Assembly (NCBI GenBank): GCA_963765495.1
Contig: CAVXWP010000002.1
Span: forward strand, 384,001-448,000
Reading direction: 5' to 3'
Source of the DNA: Blastocatellia bacterium
GTDB lineage: Bacteria; Acidobacteriota; Blastocatellia; UBA7656
Length of the DNA: 64,000 nt
Below the pieces are notes generated by a model, which was not told where the DNA came from, ran no database searches, and was given only the letters and a program-made list of their open reading frames with translations. How positions within the stretch are numbered: position 1 is the stretch's first letter; each line of letters begins with the position of its first letter. Shown here in pieces: positions 27,710 through 39,643 of the stretch. Position numbers and translations under genes: made by a program.

Positions 27710-30700
27710 ATGTTTTATTTACGTTCTACTTCAGGATTTCGCTCATTGATGAGGAAGTCTCTGGTATTCTCACTCAGCGCCCTTGTGACTCTCTCATCCA
27801 CAGGGGTTTTGTTCGCTCAAGATACCGCAAAGAGACCCGAGCCTCCCAGTACGGCTCGAAAAGCCGTGCCCTCTCCGCCACCTGCTGCGACGGTCAAGCC
27901 CTTAAAGCCGCGACAGACGGATTCGAGTGGTGAGACCGTGGGAATTCCATGGACCGGGAATAAGGGCGTGGAAGAAACCACCGAGCATATAATGATCCGC
28001 CAGGCAGAGCACGGGCCGGATTACGCGGACCCCGAAGAGACCGAAGAAGATATAGTCCGTCCCGACCGATCTCATCTTTCGAAGAACCCTGATTCGCCAA
28101 ACGTGGCGCAATGGCCTCCCCGCGATCCTTCCGCACCTGCGCCCGCGCCCTCAAACCCGCAGACACCGGGAGTGAGTTTTACAGGCGCTACCTTGAGCGA
28201 AACGAGCGCGTTCCCCCCTGACACGATGGGCGCTGTCGGCCCGTCGCAATTCATAGTAGCCGTAAACAATCGCATAAAGACTTTTAATAAAGTTACGGGC
28301 GTTGCCGATGGAGTGCTCAATACCTCCACAAATTTATTCTTTAACTCTGTGCGAAACGGATCATCTACGAGCGATCCTCGCATCCGCTATGATAGGTTGA
28401 CCGACCGATGGTTCATACTGATCATCAATGTTCCGACCCCAAACAGAGTCTTGCTCGCGGTCAGCAACAACGGGACCATAACGGCCGGGACGGTCTGGAC
28501 CTTCTTCTTCTTCCAGCAGGACCAGGCACCACCAGCAGGAGATTCAAACTGCCTTGCCGATTATCCTACGCTGGGAATTGATGCAAATGCTCTTTACGTA
28601 GGCGTTAATCTGTTCTGTCCGAGTTACGGGGGAACCACGGCCTTTGTCATACGCAAAAGCTCGGTGCTTGGCGCGGGGCCGATTGTGGTCACGGCTTTTC
28701 GCAACCTGACGGGCAGCCCCGGCGGCTCTGGCATCTACACCCCGCAGGGCGTAGACAATTTTGACCCGGGCACGACCACAGGCTATCTCATCGGCGTTGA
28801 CAATATAAGTTTTGGCACGCTTGTCCTGCGCAAAGTCACAAACCCCGGCGGCACTCCCGTCTTGTCAGCCAATATACCCATAACGGTCCCCCAAACGTCT
28901 CTGCCTTTAACGGTGCGGCATCAGGGGAACACGGGCGGCTCGAACGGACAGCTTGATGCTCTGGATGACCGTTTGATTCAGGCGGTTATTCGCAACGGAA
29001 AACTTTGGACCGCGCACACAATCGGAGTAGACAACACAGGCGTATCCGATGGCGCTGCTCGAACTCGAAACGCATGCCGATGGTACCAATTTGACAACCT
29101 GGATAATGCTACGCCCACGCTTGTGCAATCTGGGACGCTGTTTACAGCATCGGCGACAAACACTACCAATGATCGCAACTACTGGATTCCCTCGGTAATG
29201 GTAAACGGACAGGGGCACATGGCATTGGGGTCGAGCATCGCCGGAACCAACGAGTTTGCGAATGCTGCAACCGCAGGCCGTCTGGCAAGTGATCCGCCGG
29301 GCACATTACAAGCCCCCATCCAACTGACGAACAGTGCGACGGCCTATAACCCGCCGGGTGATAACGGCTCCGGGCGCGGCTACCGCCGATGGGGAGATTA
29401 CTCTTACACCAGTCTCGATCCCTGCGACGACATGACGATGTGGACCATACAGGAATTCTGCGAATCCGCAAACTCCTATAGTGTTCGAGTAGTTCAACTG
29501 TTTGCGCCTCCACCTGCTACGCCGACAAGCGCAAGCCCGTCTTCCGTTCCAGCCGGGCAGGCTTCGGTCAATGTGCAGGTCAGCGCAGATCAGATCAATG
29601 GATCGGCATTTTATGACCCGGGCGCAGGCTTCAACTGCCACATCGGTGCCACCGTCAGCGGCGGCGTCGTTGTAAACAGCGTCACTTATAACGGGACAAA
29701 ATCAATTACGCTCAATATCTCTACCTTGAGTGCAACAAACGGCCCGAAGGACGTTACGGTAACAAATCCTGACGGGCAGAGCGTAACAGGCCAGGGCGTC
29801 TTTTCCGTCGGGGGAGGAGTTCCCTGCACATACTCAATCAACCCGACTAGCCAGAATTTTGTGGCTGCCGGCGGGACCGGAAGCGTAAGCGTTACCACAC
29901 AATCAGGCTGCGCGTGGACGGCCGTCAGCAACGCAGCATTCATTACGATCACTTCGGGCGCAAGCGGTACAGGCAATGGAACGGTTGGTTTCTCAGTTGC
30001 CCAAAATATCTTAACAAGTTCCCGCTCGGGGACTATGACGATAGCCGGGCAGACATTTACGGTGACCCAGGACCCGGCCTCAACCCAGTGCGTGACGGGG
30101 ATATCGCCTCCCTCAAATTCATTTGGGACAACCGGCGGCATTGGAATCATAAGCGTTACAACTCAGTCCAGTTGCAACTGGACCGCTGTCAGCGACTCGC
30201 CGTGGATATTCATCTCTACGGGGAGTAGCGGCACAGGCAACGGGAAGATCAGATACAATGTAGCGTTCAACTCCGGCAACAACCGGACGGGGACCATTAC
30301 CATAGGAGATTTCGTCCACACCGTATCGCAAAACGGGCCGGGCGGCGGCGGCTGCACATACTCGATCAATCCGACGAGTCAGAATTTTGGGGCAAGCGGC
30401 GGGACCGGCAGCGTAGGCGTCACCACACAATCAGGCTGCGCGTGGACTGCTGTCAGCAACACAGCATTCATTACCATCACTTCGGGCGCAAGCGGTTCAG
30501 GCAGCGGAAGTGTCAACTTCTCGGTTCAGGCCAATTCAACCACAAGCCCGCGTTCCGGGACTATGACTGTTGCCGGTCAGACCTTTACTGTTACTCAGGA
30601 CCCGGCAGCGGGGTCTTGTACATACTCAATCAATCCCACAAGCCAGAATTTTGTGGCTGCCGGTGGGACTGGAAGCGTAGGCGTCACCACACAATCAGGC

Positions 30701-31399
30701 TGCGCGTGGACTGCCGTCAGCAACGCAGCATTCATTACCATCACTTCGGGCGCAAGCGGTTCGGGCAGCGGAAGTGTCAACTTCTCGGTTCAGGCCAATC
30801 CTAATACCAGTTCTCGTTCGGGAACCATGACTGTCGCCGGTCAGACCTTTACCGTCACTCAGGACCCGGCAGCACAAAGTTGCACATACTCGATCAATCC
30901 GACGAGTCAGAATTTTGGGGCAAGCGGCGGGACCGGCAGCGTAGGCGTCACCACACAATCAGGCTGCGCGTGGACTGCCGTCAGCAACACAGCATTCATT
31001 ACCATCACTTCGGGCGCAAGCGGTTCAGGCAGCGGAAGTGTCAACTTCTCGGTTCAGGCCAATTCAACCACAAGCCCGCGTTCCGGGACTATGACTGTTG
31101 CCGGTCAGACCTTTACTGTTACTCAGGACCCGGCATCCGGTGGCGGATGTTCGGTTACGATCTCGCCGTCAGGTGGTAGTTTCAGTGCAACGGGCGGCAA
31201 GTCTACCATTACCGTAACGGCACCGGCAGGGTGCAACTGGACCGCCACATCCAGCGTAAACTGGGTACTGATAACATCCGGGTCAAGCGGCACGGGCAAC
31301 GGCAAGATCGTATTCTTTGTCGGCTTCAACACTTCTGGAGGCTCGCGCACAGGAACGATAACCGTTAACGACAAGACATACACGATCAATCAACTGTGA
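27710..31399 (+). CDS. secreted protein: PPDT..DYP..RWGDYS domain, IPT/TIG-like domain and 6 BACON-like repeats
   Basis: signal peptide (..VLFA-QD); six ~88-aa C..W....[FW]I..SG.G.G..R.G..T..Q repeats; AGGAG RBS. Confidence 0.85.
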   Translation: MFYLRSTSGFRSLMRKSLVFSLSALVTLSSTGVLFAQDTAKRPEPPSTARKAVPSPPPAATVKPLKPRQTDSSGETVGIPWTGNKGVEETTEHIMIRQAEHGPDYADPEETEEDIVRPDRSHLSKNPDSPNVAQWPPRDPSAPAPAPSNPQTPGVSFTGATLSETSAFPPDTMGAVGPSQFIVAVNNRIKTFNKVTGVADGVLNTSTNLFFNSVRNGSSTSDPRIRYDRLTDRWFILIINVPTPNRVLLAVSNNGTITAGTVWTFFFFQQDQAPPAGDSNCLADYPTLGIDANALYVGVNLFCPSYGGTTAFVIRKSSVLGAGPIVVTAFRNLTGSPGGSGIYTPQGVDNFDPGTTTGYLIGVDNISFGTLVLRKVTNPGGTPVLSANIPITVPQTSLPLTVRHQGNTGGSNGQLDALDDRLIQAVIRNGKLWTAHTIGVDNTGVSDGAARTRNACRWYQFDNLDNATPTLVQSGTLFTASATNTTNDRNYWIPSVMVNGQGHMALGSSIAGTNEFANAATAGRLASDPPGTLQAPIQLTNSATAYNPPGDNGSGRGYRRWGDYSYTSLDPCDDMTMWTIQEFCESANSYSVRVVQLFAPPPATPTSASPSSVPAGQASVNVQVSADQINGSAFYDPGAGFNCHIGATVSGGVVVNSVTYNGTKSITLNISTLSATNGPKDVTVTNPDGQSVTGQGVFSVGGGVPCTYSINPTSQNFVAAGGTGSVSVTTQSGCAWTAVSNAAFITITSGASGTGNGTVGFSVAQNILTSSRSGTMTIAGQTFTVTQDPASTQCVTGISPPSNSFGTTGGIGIISVTTQSSCNWTAVSDSPWIFISTGSSGTGNGKIRYNVAFNSGNNRTGTITIGDFVHTVSQNGPGGGGCTYSINPTSQNFGASGGTGSVGVTTQSGCAWTAVSNTAFITITSGASGSGSGSVNFSVQANSTTSPRSGTMTVAGQTFTVTQDPAAGSCTYSINPTSQNFVAAGGTGSVGVTTQSGCAWTAVSNAAFITITSGASGSGSGSVNFSVQANPNTSSRSGTMTVAGQTFTVTQDPAAQSCTYSINPTSQNFGASGGTGSVGVTTQSGCAWTAVSNTAFITITSGASGSGSGSVNFSVQANSTTSPRSGTMTVAGQTFTVTQDPASGGGCSVTISPSGGSFSATGGKSTITVTAPAGCNWTATSSVNWVLITSGSSGTGNGKIVFFVGFNTSGGSRTGTITVNDKTYTINQL
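30353..31135 (+). repeat. intragenic 264-bp tandem repeats (BACON units 3-5)
   Basis: 30353-30607 and 30881-31135 differ at one position by manual comparison (gct/gcc); the intervening unit at 30617 is closely related. Confidence 0.9.
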
Positions 31400-31450
31400 T
31401 GTCAGTCTAATGCGCTACTCCAACCCCGCGCAGGTCGCGGATTAAAATTC

Positions 31451-31482
31451 AAAGGGCCGGTCACAGAAATGACCGGCCCTTT
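31451..31482. terminator. bidirectional intrinsic terminator
   Basis: AAAGGGCCGGTCA-cagaaa-TGACCGGCCCTTT between convergent genes. Confidence 0.8.
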
Positions 31483-31506
31483 TCTTATGCGGAAAACAAT
31501 GATTCA

Positions 31507-32130
31507 TCAACCGGCCTGTTTGAGAAAGGCTTTTACGCGCTCTGCAAGATCGTCGGTTGAGAACAGATCAGAGATTATTGCCAGGCTGTCGGCCCCCGTG
31601 GTCAGGGTCGATCTCACTCGGTCAAGGCTTATTCCCCCAATAGCAACAAGAGGCTTCGATATATGGGCTTTGACCTGCCTTATGATACCCGCACCGATTA
31701 CGGGATCAGGATTTACTTTCGTTGTAGTTTGGAAGACCGGGCCGAGGGCCACATAGTCTATCGGCATAGAATCGGCTTCCAGAGCCTGTTTTGGGTTATG
31801 GGTTGAATAACCGATGATGCGACCGGCACCCATAAGCTCTCGTGCCCGATCAGGCGGGAGATCATCCTGTCCAAGGTGAACGCCATCGGCGTTGACCGCG
31901 AGAGCGATGTCTACACGATCATTGATAATGATTTTGACACCCAGCCTACGCGCTACTTTCATCGCCTCAAGCGCCGCCAGATAAAACTCGCGCGGGGTCA
32001 AAAACTTTTCTCGTAACTGGATCAGCGTAGCCCCACCCTCGGCCATCCGTTCGACCTGTTCGGCGTGCGAAAGGCCGCTCAAACGCAAGTCTGTGATGGA
32101 ATAGATTTTTGGGAGGGGGAGGCTCATCAT
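31507..32130 (-). CDS. thiE: thiamine-phosphate synthase
   Basis: IQLREK, IINDRVDIA, ADGVHLGQDD, GYSTHN, GPVFQTTTK, VAIGGI. Confidence 0.93.
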   Translation of the reverse strand: MMSLPLPKIYSITDLRLSGLSHAEQVERMAEGGATLIQLREKFLTPREFYLAALEAMKVARRLGVKIIINDRVDIALAVNADGVHLGQDDLPPDRARELMGAGRIIGYSTHNPKQALEADSMPIDYVALGPVFQTTTKVNPDPVIGAGIIRQVKAHISKPLVAIGGISLDRVRSTLTTGADSLAIISDLFSTDDLAERVKAFLKQAG

Positions 32131-32168
32131 CGCAAATTACAGCGCCAAATAGGAGAGTCGGATTTTTC

Positions 32169-32243
32169 TGACGGGATTAACAAGGCTCCTAAAGAATGGA
32201 CAAAAATCATGGCTAATCCAAGCTAATTCTGTTAATCCTGTCA
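32169..32243. repeat. degenerate inverted 9-mer element
   Basis: TGACGGGATTAACA / TGTTAATCCTGTCA; same family as the 10799 element. Confidence 0.65.
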
Positions 32244-32261
32244 AAGTCTTTTTCACCCTGG

Positions 32262-33626
32262 CTAGATGCCGCGTTTTGCCGAAGTCTTGCTTTTTGCAAA
32301 CCGCTCCATGAACTTTGTAGAAAGGTTTCCGGCTACAAAATCCGGGTCGGCAAGTATCTGCTGATGAACGGGAACAGTCGTTTCTATGCCTTCGATTATC
32401 ATCGCTTCAAGCGCCCGACGCATCCGGGCAATTGCCAGTTCGCGCGTATGGTGATGCACTATGAGTTTTGCAACCAGCGAATCGTAATGCGGTGGCACTA
32501 CCCAGCCGGGATAGGCCGCTGTGTCTACGCGCACGCCGGGGCCGCCGGGAATGTTGAAAGCCGTAATTCGACCCGGCGATGGCGTAAAGGTCACGGGAGA
32601 TTCGGCGTTGATTCTGCACTCAATCGCGTGACCTCTGAAGGTTATGTCATCCTGTTTGAATCGAAGATGCTCGCCTGCGGCAACCTGTATCTGCTCTCGG
32701 ACCAGATCGGTGTCGGTCACCATCTCCGTGACGGGATGCTCGACCTGTATTCGGGTATTCATCTCCATGAAGTAATAGTTTTGATCCTGATCGAGCAGAA
32801 ACTCTATTGTGCCGGCGTTGGCATAGCCGATTTCCTGGCAGGCGCGCACGGCTGTTTCGCCCATCTTCTGTCTCAGTTCCGGCGTGAGCACAGGCGAAGG
32901 AGACTCTTCGATGAGCTTTTGATGCCGCCGCTGAATCGAGCATTCGCGTTCACCCAGATGCAGAACATTTCCGTGCTCGTCGGCCAGCACCTGTATCTCG
33001 ATGTGGCGCGCAATCTCTATGTATTTCTCTATATAAACGGCCGGGTTATCGAAAGCGATCTGAGCTTCCTGTTGAGCGGCGGGAAGCGATGTCAACAACT
33101 CCTCTTTGTCGCGCACGATGCGCATGCCTCGCCCGCCTCCGCCTGCTGATGCCTTGATTATCACCGGGTAGCCGATTTCACCGGCAATCCCTATAGCCTC
33201 GTCCTCACTCTGGATGATTCCGTCAAAGCCCGGCGTGATGGGAACACCGGCAGCCTTCATGGACGCGCGTGCCTGAGCTTTATCGCCCATCAATCTTATG
33301 CTCTGGGGGCTCGGGCCGATGAATTTGATGTTGCAGGCTTCGCATACCTCCGCAAAGTACGCGTTTTCGGCCAGAAAGCCGTAGCCGGGATGTATGGCGT
33401 CTACGTTTGTGACCTCCGCAGTAGAGATTACCTGTGGGATGTTCAGATAGCTTTTCGAGGATGGCGGCGGGCCTATGCAGAAGGCCTCATCGGCAAAACG
33501 CACATGCAGCGAATCGCGGTCGGCTTCGCTGTAGACGGCAACTGTGCGGATGCCCATTTCCTTGCAGGCCCAGATGATCCGCGTGGCAATTTCGCCTCGA
33601 TTGGCTATAAGAATTTTCTTAAACAT
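32262..33626 (-). CDS. accC: acetyl-CoA carboxylase, biotin carboxylase subunit
   Basis: [50 protein letters not shown]. Confidence 0.97.
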   Translation of the reverse strand: MFKKILIANRGEIATRIIWACKEMGIRTVAVYSEADRDSLHVRFADEAFCIGPPPSSKSYLNIPQVISTAEVTNVDAIHPGYGFLAENAYFAEVCEACNIKFIGPSPQSIRLMGDKAQARASMKAAGVPITPGFDGIIQSEDEAIGIAGEIGYPVIIKASAGGGGRGMRIVRDKEELLTSLPAAQQEAQIAFDNPAVYIEKYIEIARHIEIQVLADEHGNVLHLGERECSIQRRHQKLIEESPSPVLTPELRQKMGETAVRACQEIGYANAGTIEFLLDQDQNYYFMEMNTRIQVEHPVTEMVTDTDLVREQIQVAAGEHLRFKQDDITFRGHAIECRINAESPVTFTPSPGRITAFNIPGGPGVRVDTAAYPGWVVPPHYDSLVAKLIVHHHTRELAIARMRRALEAMIIEGIETTVPVHQQILADPDFVAGNLSTKFMERFAKSKTSAKRGI

Positions 33627-33703
33627 GCGTTCTTCACTAAAGGACTTTTGTGATTACAAAACCGGACGAGCGAGTATCCCTTCCCGCCCGTGTTGCAAAT
33701 CTA

Positions 33704-34204
33704 TTATTGCACCTTTATTCCAAAAAGCGGCTGACCAAACTCGACGGCCTGACCGTTTTCTACGAATATCTTTGCCACCTCGCCCGTTACCTCGGCGTGG
33801 ATTTCATTCATCAGTTTCATGGCTTCGATAATGCAAACAACCGTCTCGTACTCTACGCTGTCGCCTATCCTTACGAATGGTTCAGAGGTTGGCGAGGCTG
33901 CGCGATAGAAGGTCCCGACTATTGGCGATTTGATGATGTGCAGCTCCGGGTTGGGCTCACTGGTTTGAGATGAAGCGACCGATTGAGCAGGCGCGGCGGC
34001 AATGAGTTGCGAACCGGGTTCGGTTGCGGCGGCCTCGCTCACCGCCACGGGTGAAAGACTTACTTGCGGGGTTTGAGCCGCCGGCCCTGCCTGCCTTGAT
34101 GACCGCGAGATGCGCAATCGAAGCCCCTGGCGCTCAAGCTCGAACTCTGCAAATCCCTTTTCCGCTATCAACTCTATTAACTCTTTGAGTTCGTTCAGGT
34201 CCAT
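33704..34204 (-). CDS. accB: biotin carboxyl carrier protein
   Basis: [19 protein letters not shown] biotinylation motif. Confidence 0.97.
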   Translation of the reverse strand: MDLNELKELIELIAEKGFAEFELERQGLRLRISRSSRQAGPAAQTPQVSLSPVAVSEAAATEPGSQLIAAAPAQSVASSQTSEPNPELHIIKSPIVGTFYRAASPTSEPFVRIGDSVEYETVVCIIEAMKLMNEIHAEVTGEVAKIFVENGQAVEFGQPLFGIKVQ

Positions 34205-34422
34205 CCTGGCCTCTCCTCTTCTGATTTGATCCTCGCTCAGGTTGTAGCAAGGATGTACAAGGGTTAAGAAGCAAGAGCCTCAACCGCGAAGGCTGAGGCT
34301 CCCAATTGTTACTTGAAGGCGGATTGCCAAACCACACATGCAAGCTTGCGCTTCGCCTTCGGCCTCCCGATACAGATGTCAGAAAATTCGGCAAAGGCGC
34401 TTATACCGCCCGCAGCCCCGGC

Positions 34423-34944
34423 CTATTCTTCTTTACGGCCGAGACCAAAGAAGCGACGCTTCTTCTTCTCTTGCTTCTCTTCCGACACTGTCTCCTTAGA
34501 TTCGCTGCCTATCAACTCGATCAGAGCCATCTCGGCCCCGTCGCCTTTTCGCGGGCCGAGTTTTAGGATGCGAATGTATCCGCCGGGTCTTTCTGCATAA
34601 CGGGTGGCTATCTCATCGAAGAGTTTATTAAGAGCAAACACGCCCGCCGTTCGAGGCGCGCGGGGCCGCTTGTATCCGCCATCCGGCACGCGATTGGTGT
34701 TGCCTGAATAGAAATAGGCCGAAGCCAGGCGGCGCGCGTGAAGCGCTTTTTCGGGCGAATCGGCGGCAAGCCCCCGCTTGCCAAGCGTTATCACCTTTTC
34801 GGCGAAAGGCCGAAGCTCTTTCGCTTTCGGAAGCGTTGTAATCAATCGCTCGTGCTCGATGAGCGAAGTGCAAAGATTGCGCAAGACCGCGGCCCTGTGT
34901 GCCGATGTGCGCCCCAGTTTTCGGTGAGCAACTTTGTGTCGCAT
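34423..34944 (-). CDS. rplQ: 50S ribosomal protein L17 (with internal insertions)
   Basis: [36 protein letters not shown]. Confidence 0.96.
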   Translation of the reverse strand: MRHKVAHRKLGRTSAHRAAVLRNLCTSLIEHERLITTLPKAKELRPFAEKVITLGKRGLAADSPEKALHARRLASAYFYSGNTNRVPDGGYKRPRAPRTAGVFALNKLFDEIATRYAERPGGYIRILKLGPRKGDGAEMALIELIGSESKETVSEEKQEKKKRRFFGLGRKEE

Positions 34945-35031
34945 TCTATCTACCCCTCTTAGTCGCGGATTTCAGACCGGAGACTTGAAATCTTCGGCCC
35001 GCAATCCGAATTCCCCTTTACGCTAGAGATT

Positions 35032-36042
35032 TTATTCGCCGCTGTCTTGTATCAACCGGCCCTGTTCATCGAATTTCATCCCGAGGCTCAAACCCATCAC
35101 CGAGAGAATCTCTTTTATCTCGTTTAGCGATTTGCGCCCGAAATTCTTTGTCTTCAGCATCTCGGGCTCGGATTTTTGAACAAGCTCGCGTATGGTGCGA
35201 ATATCGGCGTTCTTCAGACAGTTGTAGGAGCGCACGGAAAGCTCAAGCTCATCGACCGAGCGGTCCAGGTTTTCGTTGAATTGAATCTTCTGCGCCTCTT
35301 CGCTATCGGCTTCGGCAAGCTCCGGCTCTTCTTCGAAGTTGATAAAAATCTGCATGTGGTCTTTGATCAGCTTGGAAGCAAGACCTATGGAGTTCTCGGG
35401 TTTTACAGAGCCGTTTGTCCATACTTCGATTGTGAGCTTGTCATAATCGGTGTCCTGGCCGAGGCGCGCAGATTCCACCGTGTAGTTGACCTTCTTGACA
35501 GGCGAGTGAACCGAGTCAATAGGGATGTAACCTACGGCGAGGTCCTCGTCGAAATTGCGGTCGGCTGAGACATACCCGCGCCCGCGCTTGAGCCGCATCT
35601 CGATTGTGAGTGAGCCGCCCTCCGAGATAGTAGCGATATGTACGTTCGGGTCGAGTATTTCGACTTCCGAATCGGCTTCGATCTCGCCCGAAAGCAGCGC
35701 CCCGGCCACATTGCGCTCGACACGCAGGGTCTTGGGACCGGCTCCGTGCAATTTGAATGGTATGCGCTTGAGGTTGAGTATTATGTCTGTCGCATCCTCG
35801 ACGACGCCGGGGATCGAAGAGAACTCATGCAGTACGCCTTCGATTTTCACAGCCGTGATGGCCGCACCCTCGATTGAGGAGAGCAAGGCGCGGCGCAGGC
35901 AGTTGCCTATCGTGGTGCCAAACCCTCGCTCGAACGGCTGAGCGTAGAATTTGCCGTAGCGCCCGGTGAGTGTTTCAGTCTCACATGCGAGGCGCTTGGG
36001 CCTCTGAAAACCGATCATGAATTGAGTTTCTGTTCCGTCCAT
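35032..36042 (-). CDS. rpoA: RNA polymerase alpha subunit
   Basis: [40 protein letters not shown]. Confidence 0.98.
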   Translation of the reverse strand: MDGTETQFMIGFQRPKRLACETETLTGRYGKFYAQPFERGFGTTIGNCLRRALLSSIEGAAITAVKIEGVLHEFSSIPGVVEDATDIILNLKRIPFKLHGAGPKTLRVERNVAGALLSGEIEADSEVEILDPNVHIATISEGGSLTIEMRLKRGRGYVSADRNFDEDLAVGYIPIDSVHSPVKKVNYTVESARLGQDTDYDKLTIEVWTNGSVKPENSIGLASKLIKDHMQIFINFEEEPELAEADSEEAQKIQFNENLDRSVDELELSVRSYNCLKNADIRTIRELVQKSEPEMLKTKNFGRKSLNEIKEILSVMGLSLGMKFDEQGRLIQDSGE

Positions 36043-36129
36043 TTATTCCTCTCAAAAGCAGTTGAGGGGCCGGACAGCCACAACCGCCCTCGCGATTGAG
36101 CACTTTCCGGCCAGCAGCCCTTAATTCGA

Positions 36130-36771
36130 TTACTTGGAATAAAGCTCGACTATAAGCTGTTCGTTAATGTTCTGCCCGATATCTTCGCGGCGCGGCAGAG
36201 ACACGACCCGTCCGCGCATCTCGTCAGGAGAAGTAATCTCAAGCCAGGCGGGACGACCGCGACCAGAGGCGGTCTGAAACGCGCTCTGGATGTGGATGTT
36301 GGAGCGGCTGCCCTCTCGCACAGAAACATCGTCTCCGACCTTCACCTGAAAGCTTGGGATGTTAACCGACCTGCCATTGACCGTGATGTGGCCGTGATTG
36401 ACCAGCTGACGGGCCTGCGCCCGCGAGGTGGCGAATCCGAGGCGATAAACAGCGTTATCGAGCCTGCGTTCGAGAAGCGCGAGCAGATTTTCGCCCGTCA
36501 CGCCTTTCATCCGCACGGCCCGCTCGAAGTAGAGCCGGAACTGGCGCTCCAACATGCCGTAAATACGCTTGACTCTCTGTTTTTCACGGAGCTGCTGACC
36601 ATAGCCGATCAGAGCCTTTGGACGGCGAGCATTGCGGCCGTGCTGTCCGGGCGGCTGGGTGCCGCGTTTTTCGATGGGGCAACTCGGTTTATAGCACCGC
36701 TCCCCTTTCAAAAACAATTTCATTCCTTCCCGGCGGCACAGTCTGCACACCGGACCACGATATCTTGCCAC
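36130..36771 (-). CDS. rpsD: 30S ribosomal protein S4 (Cys/zinc type)
   Basis: [39 protein letters not shown]. Confidence 0.98.
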   Translation of the reverse strand: MARYRGPVCRLCRREGMKLFLKGERCYKPSCPIEKRGTQPPGQHGRNARRPKALIGYGQQLREKQRVKRIYGMLERQFRLYFERAVRMKGVTGENLLALLERRLDNAVYRLGFATSRAQARQLVNHGHITVNGRSVNIPSFQVKVGDDVSVREGSRSNIHIQSAFQTASGRGRPAWLEITSPDEMRGRVVSLPRREDIGQNINEQLIVELYSK

Positions 36772-36944
36772 TTTCTTCCTCCATCTACTGCCCGAAGCCT
36801 TTCGGTCTCCGGGTCCAGCAAAAGTTTACAAACAGGAGAAGACGATCTTTCGGATCGGCCTCATCTGTCCTTCTTCCTTTAAAACGCGCGTGCGGGGGAA
36901 CGGCTCGCGCCATCCTCCCGACCACAATATGCGCTTGAACGTTA

Positions 36945-37352
36945 TTACACTCTGCGACGTTTCGGAGGCCGGCACCCGTTATGCGGTATCGGAGTCACGT
37001 CGCGTATAAGCCTGACTTCGATGCCGGCCGATTGAATGGCTCGAACAGCCGACTCGCGGCCCGAACCCGGTCCTTTCACTCTTACCTCAGCAGTCTGCAT
37101 CCCCATATCGCGGGCGGCCTGGGCTGCGCGCGATGCAGCCTGTTGAGCCGCAAACGGAGTCCCCTTGCGCGACCCTCTGAAGCCAAGCGCCCCGGCCGAT
37201 GACTGGCCTATCAGATTGCCTTCAAGATCGGTGATAGAGATCAGTGTATTGTTGAAGGTCGCCTGGATGTGAACTATTCCTTGCGGGACCATGCGCCGCT
37301 CTTTTCGCTTGAACGCCTTCTTTTTGCCGCCTTTTGTTTGTCCTTTTGCCAT
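36945..37352 (-). CDS. rpsK: 30S ribosomal protein S11
   Basis: [33 protein letters not shown]. Confidence 0.98.
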   Translation of the reverse strand: MAKGQTKGGKKKAFKRKERRMVPQGIVHIQATFNNTLISITDLEGNLIGQSSAGALGFRGSRKGTPFAAQQAASRAAQAARDMGMQTAEVRVKGPGSGRESAVRAIQSAGIEVRLIRDVTPIPHNGCRPPKRRRV

Positions 37353-37355
37353 AAA

Positions 37356-37447
37356 TCAGTGTCCAGTGATCAGTAGTCAGTAACCAGTGAGCCGTAGCAG
37401 TGAAGAAGAATCTTACTGACCAGGGGCCACCGGGCACTGACCACCGA
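37356..37447. repeat. degenerate inverted heptamer element (CAGTGGT family), rpsM-rpsK junction
   Basis: TCAGTGT CCAGTGA TCAGTAG TCAGTAA CCAGTGA, then ACTGACC..CACTGAC CACCGA. Confidence 0.75.
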
Positions 37448-37449
37448 TT

Positions 37450-37833
37450 TTATTTCTTGCCCGGCGCTTTCTTTTTAGCAACCGTCATACGGCGCGGGCC
37501 TTTTCGAGTGCGAGCGTTTGTGTGAGTGCGCTGACCGCGAACCGGCAGTCCACGTCTGTGGCGTAGCCCGCGATAGCATCCAATGTCCATCAATCGCTTG
37601 ATGTCCATCTGGATCTGTTTGCGCAAATCGCCTTCGACCAAGCCTTGCTGGTCTATGATCGAGCGAATGCGATTGACCTCTTCTTCGCTCAATTCGCGTA
37701 TGCGCTTATCAATGCTGATACCGGCTTCGCCCAGTATCTTGTTGGCGCGCGAACGCCCTATGCCGTAAATGTATGTGAGACCGATTTCAGCCCTCTTATT
37801 GGCCGGAAGGTCTACGCCTGAAATGCGTGCCAT
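37450..37833 (-). CDS. rpsM: 30S ribosomal protein S13
   Basis: [36 protein letters not shown]. Confidence 0.98.
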   Translation of the reverse strand: MARISGVDLPANKRAEIGLTYIYGIGRSRANKILGEAGISIDKRIRELSEEEVNRIRSIIDQQGLVEGDLRKQIQMDIKRLMDIGCYRGLRHRRGLPVRGQRTHTNARTRKGPRRMTVAKKKAPGKK

Positions 37834-37875
37834 AATCCTCCGTAAACCGCGAACCCGAAAGCTCCGGGAGGCAGC

Positions 37876-37989
37876 TTAGCCCTGCCTCTGTTTGTGTTTC
37901 GGGTTGGTGCAGATCACGCGCACCACTCCCTTGCGGTGAATAATTTTACAGTTGTCGCAAATCTTCTTAACCGAAGCCCTGACTTTCAT
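37876..37989 (-). CDS. rpmJ: 50S ribosomal protein L36 (zinc ribbon type); not in the supplied ORF track
   Basis: manual translation [37 protein letters not shown]. Confidence 0.97.
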   Translation of the reverse strand: MKVRASVKKICDNCKIIHRKGVVRVICTNPKHKQRQG

Positions 37990-38095
37990 GTCTAACCTTC
38001 CCTTCCCGTGACGCGAGCGCTAGAGCAGGAAAATCCTGTGCGCAAGAAACAGCTATTTTAACATCACGGAGCCGGTGTGCGCAACCTGATCGAGA

Positions 38096-38872
38096 TCAGG
38101 CCACATTTCGATCCAATTCCGTCTCCTCAAGCGTGGTCAGTATCTGCGGCCCGTCTTCGGTCACGGCTACCGTGTGCTCGAAATGCGCTGACGGGCGGCC
38201 GTCAAGGGTAATCACGGTCCATCCATCTGAGAGGACTTTTACATCGTGCCTGCCAAGATTGATCATCGGCTCGATTGCAATCACCCATCCTGCGCGCAGA
38301 GGTTTCCCCGTTCCCGGTGTGCCGTAGTTTGGAACCTGCGGTTCTTCGTGCATGGCCCGGCCAATCCCGTGCCCGCAATAATTCTGGACTACAGAATAAC
38401 CGAGCGGTATGACATATGATTCGACGGCGTTACAGACATCGCCCAGCCGGTTCCCTACGTGACATCTGGATATCGCCTCGTAAAGCGACTGGCGAGTCGC
38501 CTCCATAAGCTTTTTCACCTCTTCGCTGATGTTTCCCACCGGCACCGTAACAGCCGAATCGCCCACATATCCCAGATATGTCGCGCCGCAGTCTATGCCG
38601 ATGATGTCGCCTTCTCGCAATCTGCGATTACCCGGTATCCCGTGGACGACCTCATCATTCACCGATGTGCAAATCGAAGCCGGATATCCGCAATACCCCT
38701 TAAAGGTCGGTATCGCTCCCGCATCGCGGATCATTTTTTCGGCTTCATGATCCAGATCCCGGGTTGTGACACCAGGCTCGACAATAGAAGAGAGACGAGC
38801 AAGCACAGCGGCAACAATACGACCCGCTTTGCGCATCTTCTCAATCTCAGCTTTTGACTTCCGAATGATCAT
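38096..38872 (-). CDS. map: type I methionine aminopeptidase
   Basis: [14 protein letters not shown] start; [33 protein letters not shown]. Confidence 0.96.
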   Translation of the reverse strand: MIIRKSKAEIEKMRKAGRIVAAVLARLSSIVEPGVTTRDLDHEAEKMIRDAGAIPTFKGYCGYPASICTSVNDEVVHGIPGNRRLREGDIIGIDCGATYLGYVGDSAVTVPVGNISEEVKKLMEATRQSLYEAISRCHVGNRLGDVCNAVESYVIPLGYSVVQNYCGHGIGRAMHEEPQVPNYGTPGTGKPLRAGWVIAIEPMINLGRHDVKVLSDGWTVITLDGRPSAHFEHTVAVTEDGPQILTTLEETELDRNVA

Positions 38873-38891
38873 AACAACGAGTCTTCCAGCC

Positions 38892-39635
38892 TCAAGCCCT
38901 CTCCACTTCGGTGTCTTCTCTATCGTGAGCTGGGGCATGAACGGCATCCTGTACGGATTGACTGCCACAGGAGGCCGACATCTGCTCCTCCCCATTTGCA
39001 ACCTCGGCGATTCGGTCAAACACCTCAAGAGGCGACCCTGTTCCTATCACTTTATGCAGCCGACCGGATTTTTCATAGTAATCCAGAAGCGGCAGTGTCT
39101 TTTCATCGTATAATGCCAGCCGTTGGGCTATCGCCTCTTCATAATCATCCGCCCGCTTCACAAGCAATTGCCCATCCAGATCGCATATGCCTTCCTGCTT
39201 GCTCGGGTTGAACTCTACGTGATAAGTCGAACCGCAGGTATTGCACGTGAGCCGACCCGCGAGACGGCTGTGAAGCAATTCGCGCGGAACAACTATTTCG
39301 ATGACGATAATGCGATGTCCCTGGGCCTGCGCGATTCTCTCAAGCAGACGGGTTTGAGGCAATGTCCTCGGGAATCCATCCAAAACATATCCGCCTTCAC
39401 AATCACTCTTGCTCGTGCGCTCACTGACCACTTTGGCAAGTATGTCATCCGACACAAGCTGACCCGAAGCGAGTATGCTTCGCACCTGATCGCCAAGGGG
39501 GGTATCGGCGCGGGCCACTTCGCGCAGCATATCGCCCGTAGCGACAATCGGCAGATTAAAGCGCTCTGCCAGCATTTTCGCCTGTGTGCCCTTTCCTGCC
39601 CCCTGGGGTCCTATTAAGACGATTATACACGGCAT
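38892..39635 (-). CDS. adk: adenylate kinase (zinc LID, C-terminal extension)
   Basis: [29 protein letters not shown]. Confidence 0.96.
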   Translation of the reverse strand: MPCIIVLIGPQGAGKGTQAKMLAERFNLPIVATGDMLREVARADTPLGDQVRSILASGQLVSDDILAKVVSERTSKSDCEGGYVLDGFPRTLPQTRLLERIAQAQGHRIIVIEIVVPRELLHSRLAGRLTCNTCGSTYHVEFNPSKQEGICDLDGQLLVKRADDYEEAIAQRLALYDEKTLPLLDYYEKSGRLHKVIGTGSPLEVFDRIAEVANGEEQMSASCGSQSVQDAVHAPAHDREDTEVERA

Positions 39636-39643
39636 AGGGATTC

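Noticed and set aside
30353-31135. Long direct repeats as a possible CRISPR array or mobile element
   Set aside because: They are 264-bp in-frame protein-domain repeats with no spacers and no cas or transposase genes.
38873-39028. Long map/adk overlap implied by the ORF track
   Set aside because: The Map family N-terminus begins at MIIRKS (38872), which removes the overlap.
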